Shown here piece by piece: positions 17,814 through 28,890 of a DNA stretch of 42,780 nucleotides. Source of the stretch: Acidobacteriota bacterium (GTDB lineage: Bacteria; Acidobacteriota; Vicinamibacteria; Vicinamibacterales; CAVVIG01); NCBI GenBank assembly GCA_023265155.1, contig JAHFUL010000002.1:36188-78967 (forward strand). The letters run 5' to 3'. Under the pieces are notes generated by a model. That model searched no databases and was not told the origin of the DNA. It saw only the letters and a program-made list of their open reading frames with translations. Each line of letters begins with the position of its first letter. The first letter of the stretch is position 1. A program made the translations under genes and the position numbers.

Positions 17814-19000
17814 GTGTCATTCTGGACGCGCTGCGACGAAAGTCGGGTCGCGACGGCGCGCCCGCAGACCCTGGAGACCCTGCAGACAATCTCCAGACCG
17901 TTCGATCGGAAGCAGTCATGGCGACGCTCGGTTACCCGCGTCGCGAAGGCAGGCCACGCAACACGAAGGGGCTGATCGTCCTTGGGTCGGCGGCGGTCGT
18001 CCTTGGTTTCATTGCCATCGCGCTCCCGGTCAACTACTTCGCGCGTAAATCGCCACCGTCGACGGTCAAACCGGCTCCGGCGAACGTGCCACCAGCGGCC
18101 GCGCCTTCGCCGCCCGTGGCACCTCAAGGCGCACCCGCCGTGCCGTCTGCTGCGTCGCCTCCGCCGGCGCGTCCGTTGACCCCGGCGCCATTCACGGCCT
18201 CGGCCGGTTCCCGAGCTTCAGTGGCGACCCCGTCGCCAGAGCCCGCAGTGTCCCCGGTGCCCACAGGGTCGTCGGCGCAGAGTCGAACGACGCAGACGCC
18301 GTCGATGCCACGGCCCGCACCGCAGGCGCCGCCGGCTCCGCGTACGACAACCGCGACCCCTCAACGGTCACCCGCGCCGGCGCCAGGTCCAGTGACGCCA
18401 TCGCCCGCAGCGAATGGACCGGTCACTCCGCCGCGGGCCGATCATTTCGGGCTCGCGCTGTACTACCACCGCGTCGGCGACTTCCCGAACGCGCTGGCTC
18501 AGTACACGCTTCTGCTCGAGCAGAACGAAGCAAGCGCGGAAGTGCACAACAATCTCGGAATTCTGTACCAGGACCATGGGGACCTCGAGGACGCCACGCA
18601 GCAGTTTCAGCGTGCGCTCGCGCTCGAGCCTCGATACGCCAAGGCACACAACAACCTTGGCGTCGTGTGGATGCGGGGCGGGCGCCTCGAGCAGGCAGCC
18701 GCGGAGCTCCGCATGGCGCTCACGATTGACGCGCGCAGCGTCGAAGCGCTCGTCAATCTCGCGCTGGTGCAGCAGTCGTCCGGGCGGACGGCGGACGCTC
18801 GCGATTTACTGCAACGTGCGGTGGCACTCGATCCGCGCCATCCCGGCTCTCACTACAATCTCGCTGTCGTGGCCGACGGCAGCGGCGACACGCCAACAGC
18901 CGTCGAACACTACCGCGCCTTCCTGAAGTTCGGTGCCGTGACCCGTCCCGACCTCGCCGCGCAGGTGCGCGCCCGCCTCACGGCGCTTGGGTCCACCTGA
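17810..19000 (+). CDS. Membrane-anchored TPR protein (MshN/ExeB-like N-terminus)
   Basis: MSVILDALRRK start, one TM, Pro/Ala-rich linker, about 5 TPRs (VHNNLG, AHNNLG, ALVNLA, SHYNLA). Confidence 0.85.
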   Translation: MSVILDALRRKSGRDGAPADPGDPADNLQTVRSEAVMATLGYPRREGRPRNTKGLIVLGSAAVVLGFIAIALPVNYFARKSPPSTVKPAPANVPPAAAPSPPVAPQGAPAVPSAASPPPARPLTPAPFTASAGSRASVATPSPEPAVSPVPTGSSAQSRTTQTPSMPRPAPQAPPAPRTTTATPQRSPAPAPGPVTPSPAANGPVTPPRADHFGLALYYHRVGDFPNALAQYTLLLEQNEASAEVHNNLGILYQDHGDLEDATQQFQRALALEPRYAKAHNNLGVVWMRGGRLEQAAAELRMALTIDARSVEALVNLALVQQSSGRTADARDLLQRAVALDPRHPGSHYNLAVVADGSGDTPTAVEHYRAFLKFGAVTRPDLAAQVRARLTALGST

Positions 19001-19049
19001 AGGGGTCCACCTGAAGGGGTCCACCTGAAAGGGTCCACCTGAAAGGGTC
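18989..19049 (+). repeat. 14-bp tandem repeat, 4.4 copies (GGGTCCACCTGAAR), containing the TPR gene stop codon
   Basis: Units begin at 18989, 19003, 19017 and 19031, with a partial copy at 19045. Confidence 0.97.
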
Positions 19050-19067
19050 TAGTGATATTCTCCGCGG

Positions 19068-21032
19068 ATGCCAGATCCCCAACCTTCTGAGTTCGCCGAC
19101 CTCCTTCGCGAAGATCGCACGTTTCCCCCTTCAACAGAGTTCCGCGCCGCCGCGCACGTGAGCGACGACAGCCTGTACGCCGAAGCCGAGCGGGATCCGG
19201 AAGCATTCTGGGCGGGGTTTGCCGGCGAGCTGGAGTGGTTCCGCAAATGGGACCGCGTGCTCGACTGGCAGCCCCCGAACGCCAGGTGGTTCGTCGGTGG
19301 AACGTTGAACGCCAGCGTGAACTGCCTGGACCGGCATGTGCGCGGTGCACGGCGCAACAAGGCGGCCATCATCTGGGAGGGCGAGCCGGGCGATCGGCGG
19401 ACGCTTACGTACTACGATCTGTATCGCGACGTCTCGGCTTTTTCCAACGTCTTGAAAACGCTCGGGGTGAGGAAGGGCGATCGCGTCGCCATCTACCTGC
19501 CGCTGATTCCCGAGCTCGTCGTCGCCGTGCTCGCCTGTGCGCGCATCGGGGCCGTGCATAGCGTGGTCTTTGGAGGATTCAGCGCCGAGTCGCTCTGCGA
19601 TCGCATCGACGATCAGAAAGCCAAGGTCCTCGTCACGGGAGACGGCGGCTTTCGGCGCGGACAGATTGTTCAGCTCAAGAAGGTCGCCGATGAGGCGATT
19701 GAGCGTACGCCGTCAGTCGAGCACGTCGTCGTCGTCCGGCGCACGTCGAGCACACCAATCCCCGTCACCATGAAAGAGGGACGCGACCACTGGTATCACG
19801 AGTTGATGGCCAACGCGCCGATGCGCTGCGAGCCGGAGCAGATGGACGCCGAGGACATGCTCTACATCCTCTACACGTCCGGCACGACCGGTAAACCCAA
19901 GGGGATCGTCCATACGACGGGCGGATATCTCGTCGGCACGTATGCGACGACCAAGCTCGTCTTCGACATGCGCGACGACGATGTCTTCTGGTGCACGGCC
20001 GACATCGGTTGGGTGACAGGCCACAGTTACGTCGTGTACGGCCCGCTGGCCAACGGCGCGACCGTCGTGATGTACGAAGGCGCGCCGGACTGGCCGGAGA
20101 AGGATCGGATGTGGTCGCTCATCGAGCGCTACGGTGTGACGATCTTCTACACAGCGCCCACGGCGATCCGCGCCTTCATGAAGTGGGGGACGGACTGGCC
20201 CGGGAAGCACGACTTGTCGTCGCTGCGCCTCATCGGCTCGGTGGGTGAGCCCATCAATCCGGAAGCCTGGGTCTGGTACTACCGCTTCATCGGCGGCGAA
20301 CGATGCCCGGTCGTCGATACCTGGTGGCAGACCGAGACGGGAGCCATCATGATTACTCCGCTCCCCGGCGTCACGACCTGCAAGCCCGGATCGGCGACCC
20401 GGCCGTTTCCCGGCATCGCCGCGGAGATTCGCACCGAGAAAGGCGAGAAGGTTGAAGTGGGCGGCGGCCTGCTCGCGCTGACGCGGCCGTGGCCGTCGAT
20501 GCTGCGCGGCATCTACGGCGATCCTGATCGCTACATGCGCCAGTACTGGAACAAGTGGGGGCTCGACGTGTACGTGACCGGCGACGGAGCGAAGCGCGAC
20601 GCCGACGGCAACTTCTGGCTGCTCGGACGGGTCGACGATGTGATCAACGTGGCGGGACATCGGATCGGCACGATGGAGGTGGAAAGCGCGCTGGTGGATC
20701 ATCCGAGTGTGGCAGAGGCCGCCGTCGTCGGCCGGACGCACGAGATCAAAGGACAGGCCATTGCAGCCTTTGTCACCGTGAGGGATGGCTTCGCGTCCAC
20801 GAAAGAGCTGGCGGACGACCTGAAGGCGCACGTCACCAAGAAGATAGGCGCCATCGCCCGGCCCGATGACATCCTCTTCACCGCGGACCTTCCCAAAACG
20901 CGTTCTGGCAAGATCATGCGCCGGCTCTTGCGCGACATCGCCGAAGGCAAGGTGTTGGGGGACACCACAACCCTCGCCGATCCGAACGTCGTCGCGAAGC
21001 TGAAGGTGGATTACGAGGATCGGGAGACGTAG
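19068..21032 (+). CDS. acs: Acetyl-CoA synthetase (AMP-forming)
   Basis: [54 protein letters not shown]. Confidence 0.97.
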   Translation: MPDPQPSEFADLLREDRTFPPSTEFRAAAHVSDDSLYAEAERDPEAFWAGFAGELEWFRKWDRVLDWQPPNARWFVGGTLNASVNCLDRHVRGARRNKAAIIWEGEPGDRRTLTYYDLYRDVSAFSNVLKTLGVRKGDRVAIYLPLIPELVVAVLACARIGAVHSVVFGGFSAESLCDRIDDQKAKVLVTGDGGFRRGQIVQLKKVADEAIERTPSVEHVVVVRRTSSTPIPVTMKEGRDHWYHELMANAPMRCEPEQMDAEDMLYILYTSGTTGKPKGIVHTTGGYLVGTYATTKLVFDMRDDDVFWCTADIGWVTGHSYVVYGPLANGATVVMYEGAPDWPEKDRMWSLIERYGVTIFYTAPTAIRAFMKWGTDWPGKHDLSSLRLIGSVGEPINPEAWVWYYRFIGGERCPVVDTWWQTETGAIMITPLPGVTTCKPGSATRPFPGIAAEIRTEKGEKVEVGGGLLALTRPWPSMLRGIYGDPDRYMRQYWNKWGLDVYVTGDGAKRDADGNFWLLGRVDDVINVAGHRIGTMEVESALVDHPSVAEAAVVGRTHEIKGQAIAAFVTVRDGFASTKELADDLKAHVTKKIGAIARPDDILFTADLPKTRSGKIMRRLLRDIAEGKVLGDTTTLADPNVVAKLKVDYEDRET

Positions 21033-21045
21033 AGATAGAGAACAG

Positions 21046-21069
21046 GGGGTCAGACCCCTGTCTGACCCC
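21046..21069. repeat. REP-like hairpin GGGGTCAGAC-ccct-GTCTGACCCC
   Basis: Perfect 10-bp inverted repeat just after the acs stop. Confidence 0.8.
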
Positions 21070-21087
21070 GTATCCGAACGTATCCGA

Positions 21088-22665
21088 ATGGCTGCCCGAA
21101 TCGGTATCGAGCTATCCGCCGGAACCGGTCGAATCGTCGAGCTTGCTCGTCCGGTCTGGGGACGCGGTCGAGCGGACGCCCGCGTCAGGTCATTCGCCTC
21201 GGTGGCCCTGACGGACCCTGAGTCAAGTGAGCGATTTGCGGCGCTGCGCGGGCGTCACGCCACCGTCGTCATCTGGACTCCACACTGCACCCATCGGCAC
21301 GTCGTCGTCGCCAACGGATCGTACGATCGCATGCGCGCGGAAGCGCTCGCGACGGCCGGAGGAATTGGCCCGACGACGTCTCCCGTGCTGTCGGACATCG
21401 CGCCGGCCGCACCTCTCGCATCCGGCCTGGAGCGACGCGAGCTGGTCGTGGCCACCGTGCCGAGAACGGAAGCCGCCGGTGTGCTCCGTCGGGTGAAGGA
21501 CGCCGGCATCACCATCGACGCGGTGCTCACGCCGGCGGCGGCACTCACGTCACTGGCGCGGCTGCGTCGCGGTTGCGCTTCTCTGGACGCCCTCGAGGGC
21601 CCTGAGGGCTACATCGCGCTCGAGGAATCCGCGTCGACGATCGCAGTCGTGCGCGATGGGCATCTGGTAGCTGAACGTACGGTGCCGTGGGGCTATCTGA
21701 GCGAGTCATCGGCGCATACCGTCGTCCGCGCGCGCGAAGAGATCGTGCAGCGCCTGGCAGCTGAACTGTCGATGTGTATGGCGTCCTGGCAGTTGAATAC
21801 CAGACCACTCGAGCACATTTGTGTATGCGGCGCTCTCCCCGAGCTGCGCAGTATGGCGGTCTCTCTGACGGAGCGACTGGACATCGAGGTCGAGACGCTC
21901 GACGGGCTTTTTGGGATCGACGCTCGCCGGCTGCCCGAGCCCGCGGCGGAATTCCGCGAACGAACGGCCGAACTGCGGATCGCCTGGGCGGCGGCGGCCG
22001 ATCGAGAACCGATCCTGGACCTGCTTCGAGAACGAAAACGGCAGGCGAGAAAGGCCGCCTTCTCGAAGGTCGCGATCATCGCGGGGGTGACGGTTGGCCT
22101 CGCAGGCGGCTGGGCATTGCAGAGGCAATGGCGTCCCGTCGAATCGGTGACCGATCGCACAGCGCCGGCCGGTTCGGTCGCAGAGTACCGCTCCACCCCG
22201 AATCGCAGCGCGCCTGCTCGGGTAGCTGTGCCCCGTTCAGCACCGGAAAAGGTAACAGCGGCTGCCCCGCGTCAGGCACCAACGTCCACGCCGCAGCCTG
22301 GAGCGCCGCGGACCGCGGCCGCCGCGCCTGAACAACCAGCAACGCGGCCTCCGGCTTCTGCGCCCGCACCGGCGCCGCAGTCACTGCCACCCCCAAGTCG
22401 TCGGAGTCTCGAGCCCATCGTGCCCCAACCCGCCGCTCCCGAGCCGACGCCTCGCGTGGAACCGCCGCCGCTTCCGTTCGACGCAACACTCGGGACGATT
22501 CTCTATGGGCCCGAACGGAAGCTCGCGATCATCGATGGCCGGATCGTCCAGGCCGGCGATGATGTGAGGGGCGCGCGGATCATCGAGATCACACCGACCT
22601 CGGTGTACCTCCGGGACGAGCAAGGTCGATTACGGCGTCTGACGGCTGGAGGATCCAGCCGTTGA
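21088..22665 (+). CDS. PilM/GspL/MshI-like cytoplasmic domain, TM segment, Pro-rich linker and C-terminal MshK/GspB-like domain
   Basis: RIGIELSAG, IAVVRDGHLVAER, HICVCGA...LTERLDIEVETLD resemble a degenerate actin-like PilM fold. C-terminus LGTILYGPERKLAIIDGRIVQAGDDVRGARIIEITPTSV. Confidence 0.65.
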   Translation: MAARIGIELSAGTGRIVELARPVWGRGRADARVRSFASVALTDPESSERFAALRGRHATVVIWTPHCTHRHVVVANGSYDRMRAEALATAGGIGPTTSPVLSDIAPAAPLASGLERRELVVATVPRTEAAGVLRRVKDAGITIDAVLTPAAALTSLARLRRGCASLDALEGPEGYIALEESASTIAVVRDGHLVAERTVPWGYLSESSAHTVVRAREEIVQRLAAELSMCMASWQLNTRPLEHICVCGALPELRSMAVSLTERLDIEVETLDGLFGIDARRLPEPAAEFRERTAELRIAWAAAADREPILDLLRERKRQARKAAFSKVAIIAGVTVGLAGGWALQRQWRPVESVTDRTAPAGSVAEYRSTPNRSAPARVAVPRSAPEKVTAAAPRQAPTSTPQPGAPRTAAAAPEQPATRPPASAPAPAPQSLPPPSRRSLEPIVPQPAAPEPTPRVEPPPLPFDATLGTILYGPERKLAIIDGRIVQAGDDVRGARIIEITPTSVYLRDEQGRLRRLTAGGSSR

Positions 22666-22731
22666 GGAGGAAAGCGCCAGACGTGCTCCCCCAGGAACAC
22701 TTCTCGGGCGCCTGGCGTAGTATTAAGAGCT

Positions 22732-23418
22732 ATGGCACTGATTGAGACCTTCGATCTCTGGAAATCGTACGTCATGGGTACGGAAGAGATTCATGCCCTG
22801 AGAGGCATCTCCATCCAGATTGAGCGGGGCGAATACGTGGCCATCATGGGTCCGTCCGGATCGGGGAAATCGACGCTGATGAACCTGATCGGGTGTCTCG
22901 ACACGCCGAGCAAAGGCTCGTATCTGTTGAACCAAAAACAGGTCGGCAAGATGAACGACAACGAGCTGGCGCGCATCCGCAACGAAGAGATCGGCTTCGT
23001 CTTTCAGACCTTCAACCTGTTGCCGCGCGCGACGGCGCTTCGCAACGTCGAGTTGCCGCTTGTGTACGCCGGCATTCCCGCGAAGGCGCGCGAGGAGCGC
23101 GCCAAGGCTGCGCTCGACAAGGTCGAGCTCACCTCGCGCATGAACCATCGTCCGAACGAGTTGTCCGGAGGTCAGCGCCAGCGCGTGGCGATCGCGCGCG
23201 CGCTCGTGAACGATCCCTCGATCCTCCTGGCAGACGAGCCGACCGGAAACCTGGACTCCAAGACCGGCTTGGAAATCATGGGCGTGTTCGAGCGGCTGCA
23301 CAAGGCGGGGAATACGATTCTGCTGGTCACCCACGAAGCTGACGTTGCGGCGTACGCCTACCGGGCGATTCACATCCGCGACGGACAGGTCGAGAACGAC
23401 GTGCGCCGCGCGGCATAG
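22732..23418 (+). CDS. ABC transporter ATP-binding protein, LolD/MacB (SalX) type
   Basis: [47 protein letters not shown]. Confidence 0.95.
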   Translation: MALIETFDLWKSYVMGTEEIHALRGISIQIERGEYVAIMGPSGSGKSTLMNLIGCLDTPSKGSYLLNQKQVGKMNDNELARIRNEEIGFVFQTFNLLPRATALRNVELPLVYAGIPAKAREERAKAALDKVELTSRMNHRPNELSGGQRQRVAIARALVNDPSILLADEPTGNLDSKTGLEIMGVFERLHKAGNTILLVTHEADVAAYAYRAIHIRDGQVENDVRRAA

Positions 23419-23420
23419 AA

Positions 23421-23478
23421 CCGCTCCACCACGCCGTCATTCCATCACCCCATCACCCCTTCACCCCATCACCCCATC
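23421..23478. repeat. Octamer tandem repeat (TCACCCCA) between convergent genes
   Basis: ccgctcca ccacgccg tcattcca tcacccca tcacccct tcacccca tcacccca tc. Confidence 0.85.
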
Positions 23479-23491
23479 TGTCGCCTAGTTC

Positions 23492-24343
23492 CTAGTGCGT
23501 CATCCCATAGATGAGCGCATTGATGCCAAATGCGTAGCCGATCACGGAGAACTGGTGGAAGTAGTCGGGGTCCTGATCCTCACGCTCGTAGGAATCGCCG
23601 AAGTCGGTGTTGAAGGTGATCAGCACCATGACGCGACCGTTTGGGTCGAGGATCGCGCGGACGTGCGGTGTCGCGCTCGCGGCTCCGCGCTCGGATGTCT
23701 GGCCGTAGCGCCAGTTGGCGCCGCCGATCGAGGGAATCTGCGGGACGTGATCGACGTTGAGAACCTGATGGAAGATCGGGTGGTCGAGGGGAAGGTCGAC
23801 GATCGGGTACGCGCTCGAGGGGAGCGCTTTTCGGATCTGGCTCTCCCAGATGGCCCACGCGTAGTCGCCCCAGAAGTCGTCCGCCCAGAGGAAGCCCCCC
23901 TTGAGCAGATATTTGCGGAGATTGTCGGACTCTTCGTCGTCGAGGTAGATGTTGCCGACCTCGGTCATCATGATGAACGGACAGTGGAAGAGCTCCGGCT
24001 GGCTCAGGTGTATCAGCAGATGGTTCGGCTCTTTGCGGTCGTCGAAGCTGACGGGCGTCTTGGTGAGCTCCGAGAGTCGAATGGAAAGGTTCTGATCGGC
24101 GCGCGGGTAATCCACGTCCCAACCGCCACCGTCGCCGTTCGATGCCCGTCGGAACTCGACGCGACAGAACTGGAAGGCTCCGTCGAAGCTGTCGGGCCTC
24201 GCGTAGCTCAGCGCGCTTGGGGACGGCCGATTTCGCCATTGTCCGAGCGCGACCGTCCCCATCGACGCAACCAACACGCCTACCGCTAACACGGCCACGA
24301 AAGGCCGGAGAAACCGCGCACGTGCCGCCTGGCAGGCTTGCAT
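23492..24343 (-). CDS. Secreted DUF4159-like protein
   Basis: Signal peptide; WDVDYPRADQN; LRKYLLKGGFLWADDFWG; LPLDHPIFH; NTDFGDSYE; GINALIYGMTH. Confidence 0.8.
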   Translation of the reverse strand: MQACQAARARFLRPFVAVLAVGVLVASMGTVALGQWRNRPSPSALSYARPDSFDGAFQFCRVEFRRASNGDGGGWDVDYPRADQNLSIRLSELTKTPVSFDDRKEPNHLLIHLSQPELFHCPFIMMTEVGNIYLDDEESDNLRKYLLKGGFLWADDFWGDYAWAIWESQIRKALPSSAYPIVDLPLDHPIFHQVLNVDHVPQIPSIGGANWRYGQTSERGAASATPHVRAILDPNGRVMVLITFNTDFGDSYEREDQDPDYFHQFSVIGYAFGINALIYGMTH

Positions 24344-24523
24344 GGGTCTAGTCTACGGCAAGACTCGGTCGTTGGTCACCGATGCTTGGTCAGTGACCGG
24401 TGGCCCCGGCCAATGTGTTTTGGGAGGTGGTCGTTGCCGGTTTATCCCGGCCGCATGCCGCGCTGGCCCGGCTAAACCCGCGTGGCGGCCGTGCCCCGAG
24501 CCGGTCACGACCAGACGGCCTGG

Positions 24524-26026
24524 TCATCTCTCTTCGAAGACGCCGAAAACGTCGCGCATCGCGTCAGAGATCTCACCGAGCGTCGCGCTCGCTTCCACGG
24601 CGGTGACGATGGCCGGAACGAGATTGGTGCCGTCGCGGGCCGCCCGGGTGACACCTGCCAGTGCGCTCGCGCATATCTGGGCGTTGCGTTTCGCCCGGAG
24701 CGCCTGAACGCGCTCGATCTGGCGTCGCTCGGCTTCCGGGTCGATGCGGAAGACGGCCGTCGGGCTCGAGCCAGGTTCTCCCTCGGCGTACTTGTTCACA
24801 CCGACAACGGCCGTTTCGCCCGAGTCGATTGCCGTTTGAGCGCGATACGCCGATTCCTGGATTTCACGCTGAATGAAGCCGCTCTCGATGGCGGCAAGCG
24901 CGCCGCCCGCGCGATCGATCTGGGCGATCAGATCCTCCGCGCCCCGTGCGATGTCGTCCGTCAGCTTTTCAATGACGTACGAGCCGCCGACCGGATCGAC
25001 CGTGTTGGCGACGCCGGTCTCGGCAGCGATGATCTGCTGGGTGCGCAGGGCGATGCGGGCGGATTCCTCCGTGGGCAGGGCCAGCGCCTCGTCGTGTGCA
25101 TTGCAGTGAAGCGACTGCGTGCCGCCGAGGACCGCCGCCATCGCCTGCAACGCCACCCGGACGATGTTGTTGCCCGGCTGCTGCGCGGTCAACGTGCTCC
25201 CGGCCGTCTGGGTGTGGAAGCGCAGCTGCTGTGCGCGCGGGTTGGTCGCTCCGAACCGGTCGCGCATCAGGCGTGCCCAAAGGCGCCGAGCGGCGCGGAA
25301 CTTTGCGATCTCTTCCAGGAAGTCGTTGTGGGCGTTGAAAAAAAACGACAGTCGCTGTCCGAAGCGATTGACATCGAGGCCGGCGTCGATCGCGGCCTGA
25401 ACGTATGCGATGGCGTGTGCGAACGTGAACGCCACTTCCTGGACGGCGGTCGAGCCCGCCTCGCGGATGTGATACCCGCTGATGGAAATCGTGTTCCAGT
25501 TGGGCAGCTCGCGCGCGCAGTACGCAAAGATGTCCGTGACGATGCGCAGCGACGCGCGTGGCGGGTAAATGTAGGTGCCCCGCGCCACGTACTCTTTCAG
25601 AATGTCGTTCTGGACCGTGCCCGCCAGCCTTGCCAGCGGCACGCCCTGGCGCCGCGCCACCGCGATGTAGAGCGACAGCAGAATGATCGCCGTGGAGTTA
25701 ATCGTCATCGACGTCGACACGCCATCGAGCGGGATGCCGTCGAACAGCGTCGTCATGTCGTCGATCGAGTCGATCGCCACACCGACTCGTCCGACCTCCC
25801 CCTCGGCGAGCGGATGGTCGGAGTCGTATCCAATCTGCGTGGGCAGGTCGAACGCGACGCTCAGGCCGTTGACGCCGTGCGCCAGGAGATAGCGGTATCG
25901 GGCGTTGGACTCGGCCGCCGTTCCAAACCCGGCGTATTGCCGCATTGTCCACAGCCGGCCCCGATACATCGTCGGCTGAATGCCGCGCGTGAAAGGGAAT
26001 TCGCCGGGAAATCCGAGCTCGCCCAT
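24524..26026 (-). CDS. Methylmalonyl-CoA mutase, large (substrate-binding) subunit, without B12-binding domain
   Basis: [62 protein letters not shown]. No DxHxxG motif. Confidence 0.93.
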   Translation of the reverse strand: MGELGFPGEFPFTRGIQPTMYRGRLWTMRQYAGFGTAAESNARYRYLLAHGVNGLSVAFDLPTQIGYDSDHPLAEGEVGRVGVAIDSIDDMTTLFDGIPLDGVSTSMTINSTAIILLSLYIAVARRQGVPLARLAGTVQNDILKEYVARGTYIYPPRASLRIVTDIFAYCARELPNWNTISISGYHIREAGSTAVQEVAFTFAHAIAYVQAAIDAGLDVNRFGQRLSFFFNAHNDFLEEIAKFRAARRLWARLMRDRFGATNPRAQQLRFHTQTAGSTLTAQQPGNNIVRVALQAMAAVLGGTQSLHCNAHDEALALPTEESARIALRTQQIIAAETGVANTVDPVGGSYVIEKLTDDIARGAEDLIAQIDRAGGALAAIESGFIQREIQESAYRAQTAIDSGETAVVGVNKYAEGEPGSSPTAVFRIDPEAERRQIERVQALRAKRNAQICASALAGVTRAARDGTNLVPAIVTAVEASATLGEISDAMRDVFGVFEER

Positions 26027-26081
26027 GGCCGCTGATTGCGGTAATTGTAGCGCGACTCGAGGGGTGTGTGGCTGTAAGTGC

Positions 26082-26110
26082 TTGACAGCGCTGCAATTTG
26101 ACCGTACACT
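26082..26110 (+). promoter_or_regulatory. Sigma70-type promoter
   Basis: TTGACA (26082-87), 17-nt spacer, TACACT (26105-10). Confidence 0.75.
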
Positions 26111-26244
26111 TTTCCTCACATATAGGAGCATTTACACTCGATTTGCAGGCGCCCGATTCCTGCCACCGCTCGTTGCCTGCAGGTTTCGGAAGAGCAAGCG
26201 CCCCGGAACCCGGCCCGGCCCGGCGGCGGAGGGGAGGAACGAGG

Positions 26245-26559
26245 ATGGACGACGTCGTCAACCGGTTCGCGCGCGAACTGGCCGACGCGATCGCCGCTGC
26301 GGTCGCGGAGAATCCCCAGGTCGAAGCGTGCCGCGAGAAGGCGCGCGCCGCGGGTTTCGAGATGAAAGTGACGCTTGAAGCCGTGGTTGGCTTCGTGAAC
26401 CGATCGCAACAGACAGGGGCGCTCACCAAAGTGGCGGCGCCAGCTCACCCGGCCAAAGATGTGACGCCGCGCCGGGCATTGGAAGTCACGGCCAACGATC
26501 GGCGATTCCTCCGCTCGCTGAGGATCGCCGCCGACGAGGCCGCTGAGGAAGTGAACTAG
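26245..26559 (+). CDS. Hypothetical protein (104 aa)
   Basis: Strong GGAGG SD, genome-typical codon usage, own promoter upstream, REP and terminator downstream. Confidence 0.8.
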   Translation: MDDVVNRFARELADAIAAAVAENPQVEACREKARAAGFEMKVTLEAVVGFVNRSQQTGALTKVAAPAHPAKDVTPRRALEVTANDRRFLRSLRIAADEAAEEVN

Positions 26560-26563
26560 AAAC

Positions 26564-26586
26564 GTAGTGTCCGGCTTCGGCCGGAC
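26564..26586 (+). repeat. GTAG-type REP (GTAGTGTCCGGCTTCGGCCGGAC)
   Basis: GTAG foot plus GTCCGGC/GCCGGAC hairpin; near-identical inverted copy at 27458-27480. Confidence 0.88.
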
Positions 26587-26605
26587 CGTGAGTCTGACGA
26601 TCGAA

Positions 26606-26644
26606 GGGCCGGTCCACTGCGGTGGCGCCGGCCTCTTTTATTTC
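26606..26644 (+). terminator. Probable intrinsic terminator between convergent genes
   Basis: ggccgg-t-ccac-tgcg-gtgg-cg-ccggcc followed by tcttttattt. Confidence 0.55.
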
Positions 26645-27384
26645 TGAGCCGCCTGGTTGGCGACGCGGGCGGCGGCCGCCGCAATCTTTTCGGGATCCCC
26701 CAGGTAGTAGTGTTGGCCCGGCCTGAGGTCTGCGTCCAGCTCGTAGACGAGCGGACTCCCCGTCGGGATATTCAGCTCGACGATCTCGGCATCTGAGACG
26801 CCGTCGAGGTACTTGACCAGCGCGCGCAGGCTGTTGCCGTGCGCGGTGATGAGGACGCGTTGGCCGGTCTTGATGGCCGGAGCAATCGTGTCGTGCCAGC
26901 AGGGCAGAAAGCGCTCGACGGTGTCCTTGAGCGATTCGGCGCGCGGCAGATCCTTGGGGTCGATCGCAACGTAACGCGGATCGCGCGACGGGTGACGCGG
27001 GTCATCCTCGTCGAGCGGCGGCGGCGGAATGTCATAGCTTCGCCGCCAGGTCTTGACTTGCTCTTCACCGTGCTTCGCCGTGGTCTCGGCCTTGTTGAGA
27101 CCTTGAAGCGCGCCGTAGTGGCGCTCGTTGAGCCGCCAGTTCTTCGTGACCGGAATCCACAGGAGATCGAGTACGTCGAGAGCGATGTCCTGGGTTTTGA
27201 TCGCGCGCTTGAGGACCGAGGTGAAGGCCACGTCGAACACGTAGCCGCCTTCCTTGAGCAGTCGTCCCGCCTCGCGCGCCTCTTCGCGGCCGCGCTCGGA
27301 CAAATCGACGTCTTTCCAGCCGGTGAACCGGTTTTCCCTGTTCCAGCTGCTTTCGCCGTGCCGCAGGAGCACGAGTCGGTGCAT
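26638..27384 (-). CDS. gpmA: 2,3-bisphosphoglycerate-dependent phosphoglycerate mutase
   Basis: [39 protein letters not shown]. Confidence 0.97.
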   Translation of the reverse strand: MHRLVLLRHGESSWNRENRFTGWKDVDLSERGREEAREAGRLLKEGGYVFDVAFTSVLKRAIKTQDIALDVLDLLWIPVTKNWRLNERHYGALQGLNKAETTAKHGEEQVKTWRRSYDIPPPPLDEDDPRHPSRDPRYVAIDPKDLPRAESLKDTVERFLPCWHDTIAPAIKTGQRVLITAHGNSLRALVKYLDGVSDAEIVELNIPTGSPLVYELDADLRPGQHYYLGDPEKIAAAAARVANQAAQK

Positions 27385-27405
27385 GGCGGTCCTCTGAGTC
27401 GCGAC

Positions 27406-28871
<1,466 letters not shown>

Positions 28872-28890
28872 TCACGACGAACGCTCCCGG

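Noticed and set aside
16458-19000. PEP-CTERM/exosortase system (ATPase + TPR, with a PrsK/PrsR-like pair at 34274-38691)
   Set aside because: No exosortase or PEP-CTERM protein in the window; the adjacent secretin and ExeB-like N-terminus fit an Msh/Exe module better.
18989-19049. Possible CRISPR array
   Set aside because: Repeats are 14 bp and directly adjacent, with no spacers; no cas genes.
22732-23418. Orphan ABC ATPase as part of the secretin system
   Set aside because: It has its own -10 element and is an ordinary LolD/MacB-type subunit; its permeases are probably encoded elsewhere.
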